Assembly (NCBI RefSeq): GCF_048593235.1
Contig: NC_133620.1
Coordinates: forward strand, 441,283,261 to 441,347,260
Direction: 5' to 3'
Origin: Sminthopsis crassicaudata
Lineage: Eukaryota
Length of the DNA: 64,000 nt
Positions 13,907 to 25,339 of the stretch are shown here, piece by piece. Both the position numbers and the translations under genes were made by a program. Within the stretch, counting starts at the first letter, position 1; every line of letters starts with the position of its first letter. The notes beneath the pieces were generated by a model. The model saw only the letters and a list, made by a program, of their open reading frames with translations. It did no database searches and had not been told where the DNA came from.

Positions 13907-14324
13907 GTTTGGGGGTATCACGTGGCTCGGCAGAACGACCATCACCCCTATTTGCAGGCAGGAAACCTTGGGACTGTTCTTGTGGTCTTGGGATTGGGGT
14001 AGTCTTTCTCCTCTCTACTGCAGCAGAGTGCCTAAAGAGAAAAGATTTAGTGAAGGAGAAAGTCAGTGACTGATCCGAAGTCCTGTGTGCAGATGTTGAT
14101 TGATCTTGCTGTCAGGAGAACCTACATTCTTGTAAGCAGAAGGCAAACACTCGGAAGTCTGGAGATCGATTGGTTGGATCTAGGGAGACCTGAGGAGAGC
14201 CTCTCACATAAATTGTGAGGTGAAACGGACTGCAAAAGACCCTGGGTGTGGGGGGGGGGGGGGAGAGAAGGACTCTGATAATTTGGAGTACAGAGGAGTC
14301 TGTAAGGACGGTCCTCGTCAAATT

Positions 14325-14870
14325 GTGGGGAAAGCGCAGTCCAAACCCCCAAATCAGGAGCAATGTGAGGAGGTGCCGGTTAAGAGCCCCCTAGGGAATA
14401 GGTTGCAAAACTGGAATGAGTTACCAAAATATAAGGAAAAAGAAAAGAAAATGATACAATGTTTTGTATGGGGTGGCGAAAATATTGGCAAAGGAGTAAT
14501 TTGGCCAAGATATGGGTCCGCTGAGGGTTGGGTCTGCCAACAATTGAATTTATATGTAAATGAAAAAGATCCCTTTAATCCAGAGGAAGCAATTTATGCA
14601 AGTCTCTGGCTTTCAGGGACTGACACTCCATTATTTTTGAGTCAAAAGAAGGAGGTGAATAAGCCACTGGTGAGAAAGCTGAAGATTCCACCTCACCCCT
14701 GGGATCCCCCCCTTGTTATCCTGTCTCCTTGTGCTCTGCCACCCCCAGCACCTCCAGTGGCAGTGGTGCTCCCACAGGCTCCCCCAAAGGAACAGTCTGG
14801 ACCAACCGAGCCCTCTCTTAATGATCTGGGGACCCTGGGAGTCGCAGAAACTAGGGAGGGACACATTGAG
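14325..14870 (+). pseudogene. gag: Class I (HERV-I/ERV3-like) gag, MA and p12-like region; start codon mutated to GTG
   Basis: (M)GKAQS myristoylation motif; SPLGNRLQNW...WPRYGSAEGWVCQQLNLYVNEKDPFNPEEAIYASLW resembles HERV-I-type MA; Pro-rich region follows. Confidence 0.75.
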
Positions 14871-14874
14871 GAAG

Positions 14875-15205
14875 GAATGTGCAGATCTGAATTTTGTTGT
14901 AGTTGTTGTTGTTGTTGTTGCAAAGGAAGAATTGGATTCGGAAGGTAAAAAATAATCTGGGGAGAAAAACAAAAAAAAATGCTAACAGTTTACACTCATT
15001 TCCCAGTGTTCCTTTTCTGAGTATAGCTGATTCTGTTCATCACTGATCAATTGGAATTGGATTAGCTCTTCTCTATGTTGAAGATATCCACTTCCATCAG
15101 AATACATCCTCATACAGTATCATTGTTGAAGTGTATAATGATCTCCTAGTTCTGCTCGTTTCACTCAGCATCAGTTGATGTAAATCTCTCCAAGCCTCTC
15201 TGTAT
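14875..15205 (-). mobile_element. LINE-1 3' fragment, truncated at both ends
   Basis: Close match to 33020-33290 of the L1 in this window; no poly(A) tail. Confidence 0.9.
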
Positions 15206-17150
15206 CTTAGAACAAGTATTAAATGAAGTACAGAAAGAACTAGAATACCACAGTTTAAAAATTGCCCCAGAAAAAATACAAAGACAACTACCTATACAGT
15301 ATTTAAGCCACATTATATCATATAAAAACATACAATTGAAATCTCCTAGAATCAGCAAAATCAACATATTAAATGAATTCCAAAAATTCATAGGTGAGAT
15401 ACAATGGGTAAGGAATAAAATAGGGATCCCTACTGATCAATTACAACCTTTATATGGCTTATTGAAAGGACCCAGTGAGTTGAATTCAAGGACATGGACT
15501 CCTGAAGCAATAGAATGTATCACCACTCTAGAAAAGGAGCTAGCAGAACAATTCACTACTAGGATAATGAAAGAAAAACCAGTCCTAGGAACGATTCTGA
15601 CCACAAGGAATTTATTCACAGGGATTATTCACTAAGAGGAAAGGATTTTAGAATGGGTCCATCTGTCTAAAATTAAAAATAGGTTATGCACTAGTCATCA
15701 CATCCTAATAACTATAACCATAAGAAAATTATGGGAAAAGACAGTTTGATTAACAGGACAGGATCCTGAGGTCATATACTTTCTATATACCAATGACCAA
15801 ATTTAGGAATGCATACAAACATCAACTGAATGGCAAATTATTGCAAATCTGAATTTACAACAGGGAAACATTTTGAGATTCGAGTGACAATGGACCGAAT
15901 GCCCCTGGATTTGGGCTACAATATATATGGAAGTGTCAGTCACAGGGATAAACATCTTCACTGATGCCGTTAAAGATAAAAGGGCCACAATGTATACAGC
16001 AGCAGGTCACAATTATACAAATTTCAAACCTGTTTCACTTCAACCCAGCAGAATGAATTGTGGGCAGTTATCAAGGTTTTAGAAATTGACGAACCTTCTA
16101 ACATTGTTACAGACATTTCTTATGTGGCAGGTCTCATATCTCAGCTTTAGACAGTGTATATTTCAGATAAGCAAGACAATATAACACAATTATTACAACA
16201 ACCACAAAATACTATCAGGAAAAGACGGTCTTGTTTTTATATTTGTCATCTCAGGTTTCACACTCACCTCCCTGGTCCAAAAGTGGAAGGAAACAATATC
16301 AAATAATAAATGTATCCCCTACACACAAGCCATGAGTATTAAAAATACACTGGCTGCACAAGGCCACAATAAACACCACTTCTCTGCAAAATCATTAAGG
16401 CAATTATATGGAATCTCCAAAGAACAGGCCAGACAGATAGTAAAACAATGCACAAATTGTGTCCCTTTTCTTCCATCACCAAAAGTTGCAGTTAGAAACC
16501 CAAAAGGAGACGCTCCCAATGACATTTGGCAGATGGATAGTCCTCATTATAATTCCTGTGGAAAGAGCAAATATATTCACTTATCTGTAGACACTTTCTC
16601 TGGTTTCTTGATGGCTTCAGCACAAACCAGAGAATCATTTAAACATGTCACTAGTGATTTAATGTGTTGTTTTGCTAATCATGGCATTCCCTGAATATTA
16701 AAAACAGACAACAGTCTTGCTTATGTTTCAAAACCTTTCCAACAATTCTGTTTCAAATACTCTATTAAACAAATAACAAGGATCCCCCATAATCAGACAG
16801 GCCAGCCCATTGTTAAATGGAATAATCGAACTCTCAAGGTCTACCTCGAAAAACAAGAAGTTGTTCATGGATCCATTCGTAACAAATTACAAACAGTAGT
16901 TTTTACAATAAAGTATTTGAAATTTGATGACAAAAGTCTGTCTCCAGCCATGAAATATCAATTACAAAATTTGAAAGTAAAAAAAAAGAGAAAAGAGAAG
17001 TCCACAACAGGAGTGAGGGTCATGTGGAGAGATCATGAAAAACAGTGATATGGGCCACATACAGTACTAATATGGGGAAAAGAGTATTTTTGTATTTCCA
17101 CAGGAGAAGGAGAAAAGTGGGTTCTAGTGAAAAGAATCTGTGTACTGCAG
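15206..17150 (+). pseudogene. pol: Betaretrovirus-like pol remnant (RT thumb, RNase H, integrase); element 1
   Basis: LKIAPEKIQ, LNEFQKFIGEIQWVR, NIFTDA, SLRQLYGISKEQARQIVKQCTNC, WQMD, VDTFSG; many stops and frameshifts. Confidence 0.9.
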
Positions 17151-18870
17151 GATGGGGAAGAAGTCACAGGGAAATAGGCAGCATGTGAAGAAGAGAAAAA
17201 AGCATCTAACAGAACTGATCAAAACTAGCAACATACAAAAGGAACATTGTCATCAGAATAATCAGCAGCAAGCTGATAATGATAGGAAGAGCTCCCATCT
17301 TAACATCTGGAAGAATCAAGCAGACACACAAATGGGCTTTCATCCCATCCCCACCTTGGCTAAAAATCCTCACATGGACAGAGACTATGCCAGAATTTTT
17401 TTTTTTTGCACAATAACCTGCCCCATATGTTTAAAGAGGGTGGTTTTAAATGGGACTCAGACAACAATCAATGACATTCAAAAAGACATTTCATTTTACA
17501 GGACTAACCAAGGGGCTACCATTATGCATCCAGAAAGTGATGGGGGAGTTTGGACAGGGGATAAGTGGGAGTACAGGGAGTACAGGCTTGGTGGGTTGAT
17601 GTGCTTCACTAAGGGAAGGTGTCATGTATCTAAGGGACACATCCCTAAGAGCAGAGGCGGGCACTTTATCCATTAGCATTCGCTGATATCACTTGTACAC
17701 ATGGAGACTAGAAGGTCACGATATTCTCAGCAAATCTAATAATTGGTTGAACAACAGGCATAGCGAATTCTGTAATAGCATCCTTCCTCACAACCTATCA
17801 ATAATGTACCATTATCCAGGGTTTATGCCTTTTAAGGAGCACGTCACACATCAGTGTGCACAAACCACTTTAAGGCAGGAGAACTATACTGAGTCTTTGG
17901 TCTCTTGTCATAACACTACCATGTACATATGGGCATGTAGGGGCAAGAGAATATCCAAGACTGAAATACATTCATAATTCAGGGCTGGAAATAAAAGGTA
18001 TAGAGAAAGCAGTCTCTGCTGTGGGAGGGATGACAGTACAAGGATGCCAAAATAGTGAGAATTGACCTTAGGAATAATATTACAAGCAATGTTATTCTGA
18101 CTGCTAGAGTTTGTCTAGGAAAAAGCTATGCATTTCTTGTAGATAAAAACATGTCTAAAATCACAACATATAGAGAAGGAGTCTTCAATTTGACATGTAT
18201 TAGATATCAGGTAGAAACTTGCATTGGGCCAAAATTCAAGGGAAGAATGTACATAGTCACTTGTCCCCACTACGCTTTTACTGTTGTGAAAGCAAACTCT
18301 TGGTATCGTACCTGTAGTGATAATATTTTTGTTGAGGCTATTGTAGCCTCCACAGCATTGGCTTTTATCTATATCTAACACTAAAAACCAAATAACAGAA
18401 GCCCAGGAAAAATCTATCAGCCGGATTTAGGATACAATTAAAGGTTGATGAGGAATTTTATGAAGCTATACATCGATTACAAAAGGTAATACACTTTGTA
18501 AGAGAAGAGATGCAATATTTAGAATTACAGCAAAAATTATGATATGATTATACATATGATCAATATTGTTTAACGGATGCACTATATAACAAAACACAAA
18601 TACAATGGGAGATAATTAGGGCTCAGTTACATGGATTAAATTGGGAAAATGTGACTTATGAATCAAGTAGATTGACTCAAATTGCAGATAGTAGATCAAG
18701 CCGCTGACCAAAGAATTAGACTCAGTGATGTTACAGAAAAAATCATCTCATTCTTTCAACAAGCTGACCCATGGAGTCAGTTGAAACAATTTGGAATCAC
18801 TCTAGGAGCAATTATGTTGCCAGTTGTAGCAACCCTATATTTACTACCAATGGTTTGAGACCTGTATTAA
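17150..18870 (+). pseudogene. env: Beta-type env remnant (SU and TM)
   Basis: WAFIPSPPW..LTW SU N-terminal motif ~17335; TM KL*YDYTYDQYCLTDALYNKTQIQWEIIRAQLHG ~18535 (decayed CX7C loop). Confidence 0.75.
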
Positions 18871-18926
18871 CTTCCATCTAGTATGCTTTCAATACACAAA
18901 AATTTAAACTTGCAGAACTGTCACAT

Positions 18927-19025
18927 AAAAACAAAAAGGGGAAATTGTAGAGGACTTGCCAACCCCCCCTACCAGCCTTGGACATTGCACAAGGTGCAGC
19001 TCAGGTAAACTGAGGGTAGCCTTGT
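18927..19025 (+). mobile_element. PPT and truncated 3' LTR start of element 1
   Basis: AAAAACAAAAAGGGGAAAT followed by TGTAG at 18946. Confidence 0.75.
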
Positions 19026-19029
19026 AAGG

Positions 19030-19850
19030 GTGAACAAGATGTCATTGGGAGGAAGGGGTCCCACTGGAAAAGCAATGTGGCAGTTCCAGGATGGGAGAAC
19101 AATACCCACATACCTTATTAGGAAAGGAATGCTCACTTTGACTTACATATAGCTTTCCTGGAGATCACCATATAAGGAATTATATATCTGCTATTATAGG
19201 CTAGAATGTGCTTACGCTAAGCTATAGGAACTAGAGGCATATACTGAGAAGATAGAAGGGCCTGCTGGTTTTGTAATAAATGGAGTCTTTCAACATCCTG
19301 GCTCTCATCCCTCATTACTCACAGTCTTTGCCATTCAGGTGACCGGGAATTGCTGGTCATACACAACTCGCATCACTCAGGAGTTTGGGCTGAGAACCCA
19401 GACAGGACTAAACTTCGGAAGGATATTGGATTGTCACCTTATGAACTCCTATGTGGACATCCATATCCTGGAAGAAGAGGACAAAAAGATATAGGACCTG
19501 TATGGGACACCAAAGACTTGTTTATTAGACAACATATTTTACAACTTGTTAAGCATTTATATGAATTGCAATTAAAAGGACTTATTGCTCAGACCCCACC
19601 TTTAGAATTTGCTGTACACAAATACCAGCCTGAGACTGGGTCCTGATCCGAACCTAGAAAGAGGAAAAATTGACCCCAACCTGGAAAGGACCCTTCCAAG
19701 TCCTTCTAACCTCAGACACTGCTGTAAGAACACAGTAACATGGTTCGACTCATTACACCTGGGTAAAAGGACCAGTTTCTCCTCCTGAGGAATGGACAGT
19801 AGAATCTGAGCCCACAGATAGACTCTGTGTCCGCCTGAGGTGAGTCTGAA
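19030..19850 (+). pseudogene. pol: Class I ERV integrase region remnant
   Basis: WQFQDGR; KDIGLSPYELLCGHPY; KGLIAQTPPLEFAVHKYQP; KLTPTWKGPFQVLLTSDTAV (HERV-I-like IN C-terminus). Confidence 0.85.
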
Positions 19851-19921
19851 AAAAGATTAATGAACACCTTGTGTGTTAATCTGGGGCACTATAATTTGAT
19901 TTAGATAAAATAATACCCTTT

Positions 19922-20898
19922 GTGATGGTGGGGGGGATGGGAGGAGGGTTCATTGGGTATTTGACTTTACTGGTATTCTCCCTGCTGATCTCTAGGCTGA
20001 TTCCTGATGCACCATGGGAGGGCAACACCTTTCAGATTCTAATACAAACTATAGCTAGTACTTTTAATGTAACTGATTGCTGGATTTGTGGAGGGCCCCA
20101 AGTTGGTCCCATACCTCTCATACCTGAGTGGTTAGTAAGCAATTTTTCTTTAACTCATAATGGCACTGGATTCTGGGAGTTAAAGAAAGACATTACCAAG
20201 AGTTAGCAGTTGAAGAATTAGGAGAGTATTGCTTAAAGGAGGAATTGGACAGGCCTAGAAAGAGCATAGATACCTCTACTACTCAATGTGGAAAAGCTAA
20301 AGGATGGGGAGATTTGTGGCCACCTGAGAGAATCATTAAGACCTATGGGGCTACAACTTGGAGCTCAAGATGGGAGTTGGGAATATAGGACCCCTATATA
20401 TATGCTAAATAGGATAATTAGGCTACAAGCAATAGTAGAAGTTATCACCAACCAAACAGCTAAGATTCTTGACCTGTAAGCCACTCAGACCTGAGAAGCA
20501 GTATTACAGCATAGATTGGTACTAGACTATCTTTTAGTTGAGGAAGGAGGTGTATGTAGAAATTCAATTTATCCAATTGTTGCATGAGAATAAACAATAA
20601 CAGGGCTGTGGTAAAAGAAATTGCGCAAGACATTAGGAAGTTAGATTGGGTCCCTGTACAAACTTGGCAGTCATCTTTTAATAGGTCTTGGTGGTCCTGG
20701 TTTGGAAGTAGTTGGGGGAAACAGGCCTTGTGGTTCCTGCTTGTAGCCATTAGTGGAATTATATTGATTCCTGTGTGCCTCCCATGCATGATCAAATTGA
20801 TCACGAATATAGTGCAAACTGCCATAGCCAAAATGAACAGATTAGAGACAAAAACTATGCAAGGAATTAGACTGATGGTTTTAAAAGGGCAAGGATGA
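19922..20898 (+). pseudogene. env: Class I ERV env remnant (ERV3/HERV-I type), internally deleted
   Basis: TFNVTDCWICGG; [26 protein letters not shown]; decayed ISU and CX6CC; TM anchor LWFLLVAISGIILIPVCLPC. Confidence 0.88.
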
Positions 20899-20949
20899 GA
20901 ACCAGTACCTACAACCACAAAGAATGAACAGTAAGGAAATCTCACTCTT

Positions 20950-22200
20950 CAGCACCAAGATGAAGGATGAAGGATCTTTAGCACCTTTTGGAAAGGATAT
21001 TCCAGTTGCCCTTGGAAACAACATATGTTAACAACACATGATCTCCTTTTGTCTGGAAAGAAAAGGAAAGAAGTGCCTTATTAAACTTTTGGGGCACCCA
21101 GGGTTTGAGAGTTTTACCTAAATAATTACAATTTGTGGAGAGAGAGGTTAGTATTTGGTTTAGATATTTAATTAGTGAAGGAAGAAGGAAAATCAGCCCT
21201 GAGCAAGTTCAAGGAATTATTCACCTTCTCTTACCCCAACTAAGCAGAAGTTTAGGAAATTCCTGGGATTTATTGGGTATTGCAGATTATGGATAAACTC
21301 TTATGCCCAAATGACTAAAGGGTTATATAAGAAATTATTAGCAGAAGAACCTGAGGCCCTAACATGGAAGATGCAAGAAAAAGAAAGTGTCCAAATTGGT
21401 GCACATACATATGACTGTTCCAGTCCTGGCCCTCCCCACTCCAGACAAACCATTTCATCTGCTTGTCATTGTGGGAAAGGGAGGAGTGTAAACTCAGTCA
21501 TGGGCCAAAGGCCAGTTGCCTTCTTGTTAAAATCACTAGAACCCAGTGTTTCAGGGATGGCCCAAATGTGCCCAAGTTATAGCAGCCACAGCCATATTAG
21601 TAGGAGAGAGTAGAAAATTGTGGTTTTGGGAAGTATTACTTCCAAAGTTAGGACAATTCTAAACAAAAAGGCAGGGAGATGGCTGACTGATCTAAGGATC
21701 TTAAAACATGAGTCTATATTAATGGAAAAGGATGGTCATTGATAATGATGTCAATCCTGCAGCTTTTCTGCAAAAAGAAGGGATGAATCAAAATGAGCTA
21801 GAACATGATTTTTTGGATCTGATGAACTTTCAAACTAAAGTGAGGAAGGAATTAAAGGATATTCCTTTCAAAACAGGGAGAAGATTGTTGATGGGTCTTC
21901 CAGGGTAGTGGAAGGAAAGTATAGAAACAGCTATACAATAATAGATGGGGAAACCTGGCAAGTGATAGAATTAGACGTCTTGCCAAAACAATAATCCATT
22001 CAAACATGTAAGTGGTATTCCGGAAGTCATGTACTTAAGGCCCTAAAAGAAGGGGTTGAGACTTTTCTACACTGACTCTAAATATGCTTATGGTGTGATA
22101 CATAGTGTTGAAAAAATGGGAAGAAGGGCAGGAACTAGTCCATGGAGAGCTGATTAAGCAAATGTTAGTGTTGAGTGCTGGATAATGGGTCATAGCCAGC
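20950..22200 (+). pseudogene. pol: Class I ERV RT-connection-RNase H remnant, lying downstream of env
   Basis: Decayed YVDD region (..DLLLSG ~21050), RKFLGFIGYCRLWI, KGLYKKLLAEEPEALTW, RNase H YTDSKYAYG ~22070. Confidence 0.85.
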
Positions 22201-23079
22201 CCCCCCCCGCCCCCCTTCCTTGCCATTAGGACTGGGAGAATTGAATTTTTAAAAAGAACCCAGGAAAATCATTGAAGCTCCAACCACCTTTACATACCAT
22301 TCCTTACTATTGGCTATTAACACAAAGGCTACCATGGGCCAGGAAAAGTTGCACCAAATGTTTGTTACTTCCTTCACAACTTTTGAAAGCTAGGTAAAGG
22401 ATAAGTAATACATAAACAAACTCAGAGCTATTTCTCAAAGGAGATACTGAGAGATGACTAACAATGTCCTGTGGTAGCCCTAAACTGGGCTTTGAAGAAA
22501 ACAGTATGTTACAGAAAGGCTGGGAGGAAGTACATTGTAGATATGGGAGACTGCTTAGGCAAAGATAGAGAAGATGGATTATGGAATGTAGAATTTTGTG
22601 TATAAAGAAACTAGTATTCTTATTGGTTGAAATAAAGAGACATAAAGGAGAGTAATATTGGAAGGGTATGGAGGAGTCTGAGAGGGCGTTAAATGCTAGG
22701 ATGATAATTTTATTTGTATTATAGAAGCCAAAAGAACCAATGAAGAGTTTTGGAAAGAGAAATTGCATTAGTCACAGATATTTTAGACATATCACTTTGG
22801 TGGTTTTGTGTGGGAAAGATCAGAAAAGAGAAAGAATAAAAAATGTAGACATTTACTATGTTCTGTATTTTATCACCATATCACTAGGCTTTCCTTTTAA
22901 TTACTAATTTGTTCCTGTTGAACTATGGAAGCAATCATACTTTTGTATCTCTTTCCAGATAAAGTCTTTAAGATCTTTAAGACCCCAGTAAGGTCCTGTG
23001 TTAGTATGGACTCATTATTTTTCTAAATAAAGTCCTACTAGGATCTGTCATTATTTTTCTGAATTAAGTCCTACTAGGA

Positions 23080-23427
23080 TGTCCGTCCAGCGGGACTCAA
23101 TTATTTGGGGGAAGGGGTCGAGGGGAACCCAGCCTGAAAGAGAATCAGGCGAGAAAGAAGAGTGAGACCAAGCAAGTTCTTGTCAAGGTCTATTTTAATG
23201 TTCTCAGGCACGGCTTATATAGCAAAAAGCATGAGGAAGAGAAGTAGGGTTGGGCCTGGGAAGGGAACATGGGCAATGGCTGGTTCAACGCACAGGAACA
23301 TATTGCAATTGGGACATACAATGTTGGAACATTCTGTGGTCGGCCAATTCTCAGAACTGTTTGCCTAAGGGTGTGGTTCCCATGCAGGGGAGAAGGGCAC
23401 CTGGGCCGAAGCTGTTGGCTCTCAACA
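23080..23427 (-). repeat. 3' LTR of element 2
   Basis: TG...CA termini on -; TATATAAG and ATTAAA; differs from the 5' LTR by 3 substitutions and 1 indel. Confidence 0.97.
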
Positions 23428-23445
23428 TTTCCCCCTTTTCTCTTT
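23428..23445 (-). promoter_or_regulatory. Polypurine tract
   Basis: AAAGAGAAAAGGGGGAAA on - abutting the LTR TG. Confidence 0.92.
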
Positions 23446-23486
23446 AGAAGGCAAAAAGATTTTTCTACACAAGGGCTGGTGAAAGG

Positions 23487-23727
23487 CCTGTCTTAGGCTA
23501 TGTGGCTTGCACCCATGCTCCGTACCTAGATAACCAGGCCCTCAGGGCCAAGAAGGGTAGGGCCCCTGTCTTAGGCTATGTGGGTGGCCCCGCCCCCAGC
23601 ATCTTCACCAAAATTGGCTGAAGCGTGTCTCTGGGAGCGGACCCACAATAATTGGACATTGGGTGTCCCTGCAGCCATAAAAGGTATACTTCCGGGTCAT
23701 GGGGCCACAATATTCCCGTCATTGGCT
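23487..23727 (-). promoter_or_regulatory. CTE-like RNA export element
   Basis: Exact 19-nt direct repeat CCACATAGCCTAAGACAGG (23487-23505, 23565-23583) and AGCCAATGACGGG (23715-23727) between env and PPT; resembles the type-D CTE as I recall it. Confidence 0.7.
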
Positions 23728-23771
23728 CTTTCACAGCAATAGCCGTACTTTTGCAACTAAGGTCGTGTCCC

Positions 23772-24410
23772 TCAGAGGTACCCCCATACCCTTAAGTACC
23801 ACAGGGACTGAATCTCTGTGGCAAGGGTAGAGAATCGAAGGCTCTCATGGGCAATGGTAGAAGGGAGGTCATCACAGGATCCATTGGCACTAAGCTGATG
23901 ATAAAGAACAGCGACAGGTTTTTGCAGGGCAGAATCGACCTGTGACTTGATGAAACTAGTCAGTTTGTTGAAGGCCCATGGGCCGAAGGAGAGAAGCAGC
24001 AAAACACCTACAAAGGACCCTAAAAGACTGGGGAGTAAAGTGGTAAGCCAGGGGGATGTAGAGAACCAATTTTGATACCAGGATTTGTTCTGCTCTCTGT
24101 CTCTCTTTCTTTTTTCTAGGCTTTCTTTGACCTTTTTCAGACTATCTTCTACAAGGCCAAGCTTATCAGTATAGAAGCAACATTCTTCTTTTAATGCAGC
24201 ACAAAGGCCACCCTGTTCCAAAAAGAGGAGGTCTAAGTCTCCTATTCTGCAGGACTACTTCAGCCAGAGAGGCGACAGAGTCTTTAAGGTGCTCCAGGCC
24301 TGACTACAGTTCCTGAAGATTTTTGTCAATAGCTGCACTGAGCTGAGCATACTGCAAGTTGGAAGTAACTAAGGAGGCAATTCCTGTTCCTGCACCCACT
24401 GACCCCAGGC
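23772..24410 (-). pseudogene. env: Gammaretroviral-type env TM only (SU absent)
   Basis: GLGSVGAGTGIASL fusion peptide, SLAEVVLQNRR-LDLLF ISU (frameshifted), GGLCAALKEECCFY (CX6CC), SPWLTTLL, membrane anchor; one stop and one frameshift. Confidence 0.93.
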
Positions 24411-24436
24411 CTGGTGTGCAGGAGGATCAGTGGCCC

Positions 24437-25290
24437 TTATGAAAAATGGTCACAGAAGCCTAAGCCTGTATGGTCTGTCTTAGGGGTGGTCGTTATGGGT
24501 ATCAAGCTTCCCTGTCCATCTCTACCTAGGCCCTGTCCAGGAAGGAATCCTTGGGAAAGCATTTGCTGGGCAACGACCGCATTGGGGCTACACATAAGGA
24601 TTCCCATTTGGGATAAAATATCTCTCCCCCACAAGTTAACAGGCAGGCCGGGAAGGACAAATGGCCGCACAGTGCCTGAATTTCCTTCCCCATCCTTCCA
24701 AACCAATAGTTGTGAGCTCTGCAGGGTGTTTTTGGACTGTCCGATGCCCTGCAAATGAATCATGGAAACCTGTAGGGGCCAGCTAGAGGGCCAGGCATCT
24801 TGTGAAAGGACAGTGGAATTGGCCCCAGAGTCTAAAATGCCTTTAAAAAAACTTTCCTTGTATAGTAAGTTTAAGAGTGGGACGCTCCTGAGTTAATACT
24901 CTGAACCCAATAAAGATCCGATGAACTGGGCTGAGACGCTACACGCCTGGCTAAAGCATTACCCCTTCTCCTAAATATCGGGTAGTCAGTATTTAAAGGG
25001 AGGGGCAACGCCTGAGCCATGCGCTGTCCCCGTGTGATGGAAACTGGGCCATAGCGGGCAGTAACTAACAACTTGATCTCACTGGTATAGTCATTATGGA
25101 CCAGAGAGGGGTGGATGGACAGACCATTAAGGGTAGAGGAGGCGCGACCCAAAATCAAAAGATAAGTAGTGGGTGGAGGGGTGGCCGAAGACACCCGTTG
25201 AAAGAATCTGCACTCCATCCTCCGGATTTAATATTGCTGAGGAGGAGGCACCTAAGTCCACCCCTGCGCTGCCTAGGGTTGCTCGGAGGA
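24437..25290 (-). pseudogene. pro: Betaretroviral pro: dUTPase, protease, G-patch
   Basis: RATLGSAGVDL, NDYTSEI, GQRMAQ (dUTPase); ILDSGA, NLWGRDIL (protease); QGFLPGQGLGRDGQG (G-patch). Confidence 0.92.
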
Positions 25291-25339
25291 GGGAGAGTGG
25301 GTTTTCGGGCTGCTCCCCGAGGCCCGGACAAATGGTATG

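Noticed and set aside
13907-13935. Possible PBS for the class I ERV matching tRNA-Ser(AGA) (CGTGGCTCGGCAGAA) or tRNA-Pro (TGGGGG)
   Set aside because: Too degenerate and offset to assign; the link to the tRNA-Ser gene in this window is unsupported.
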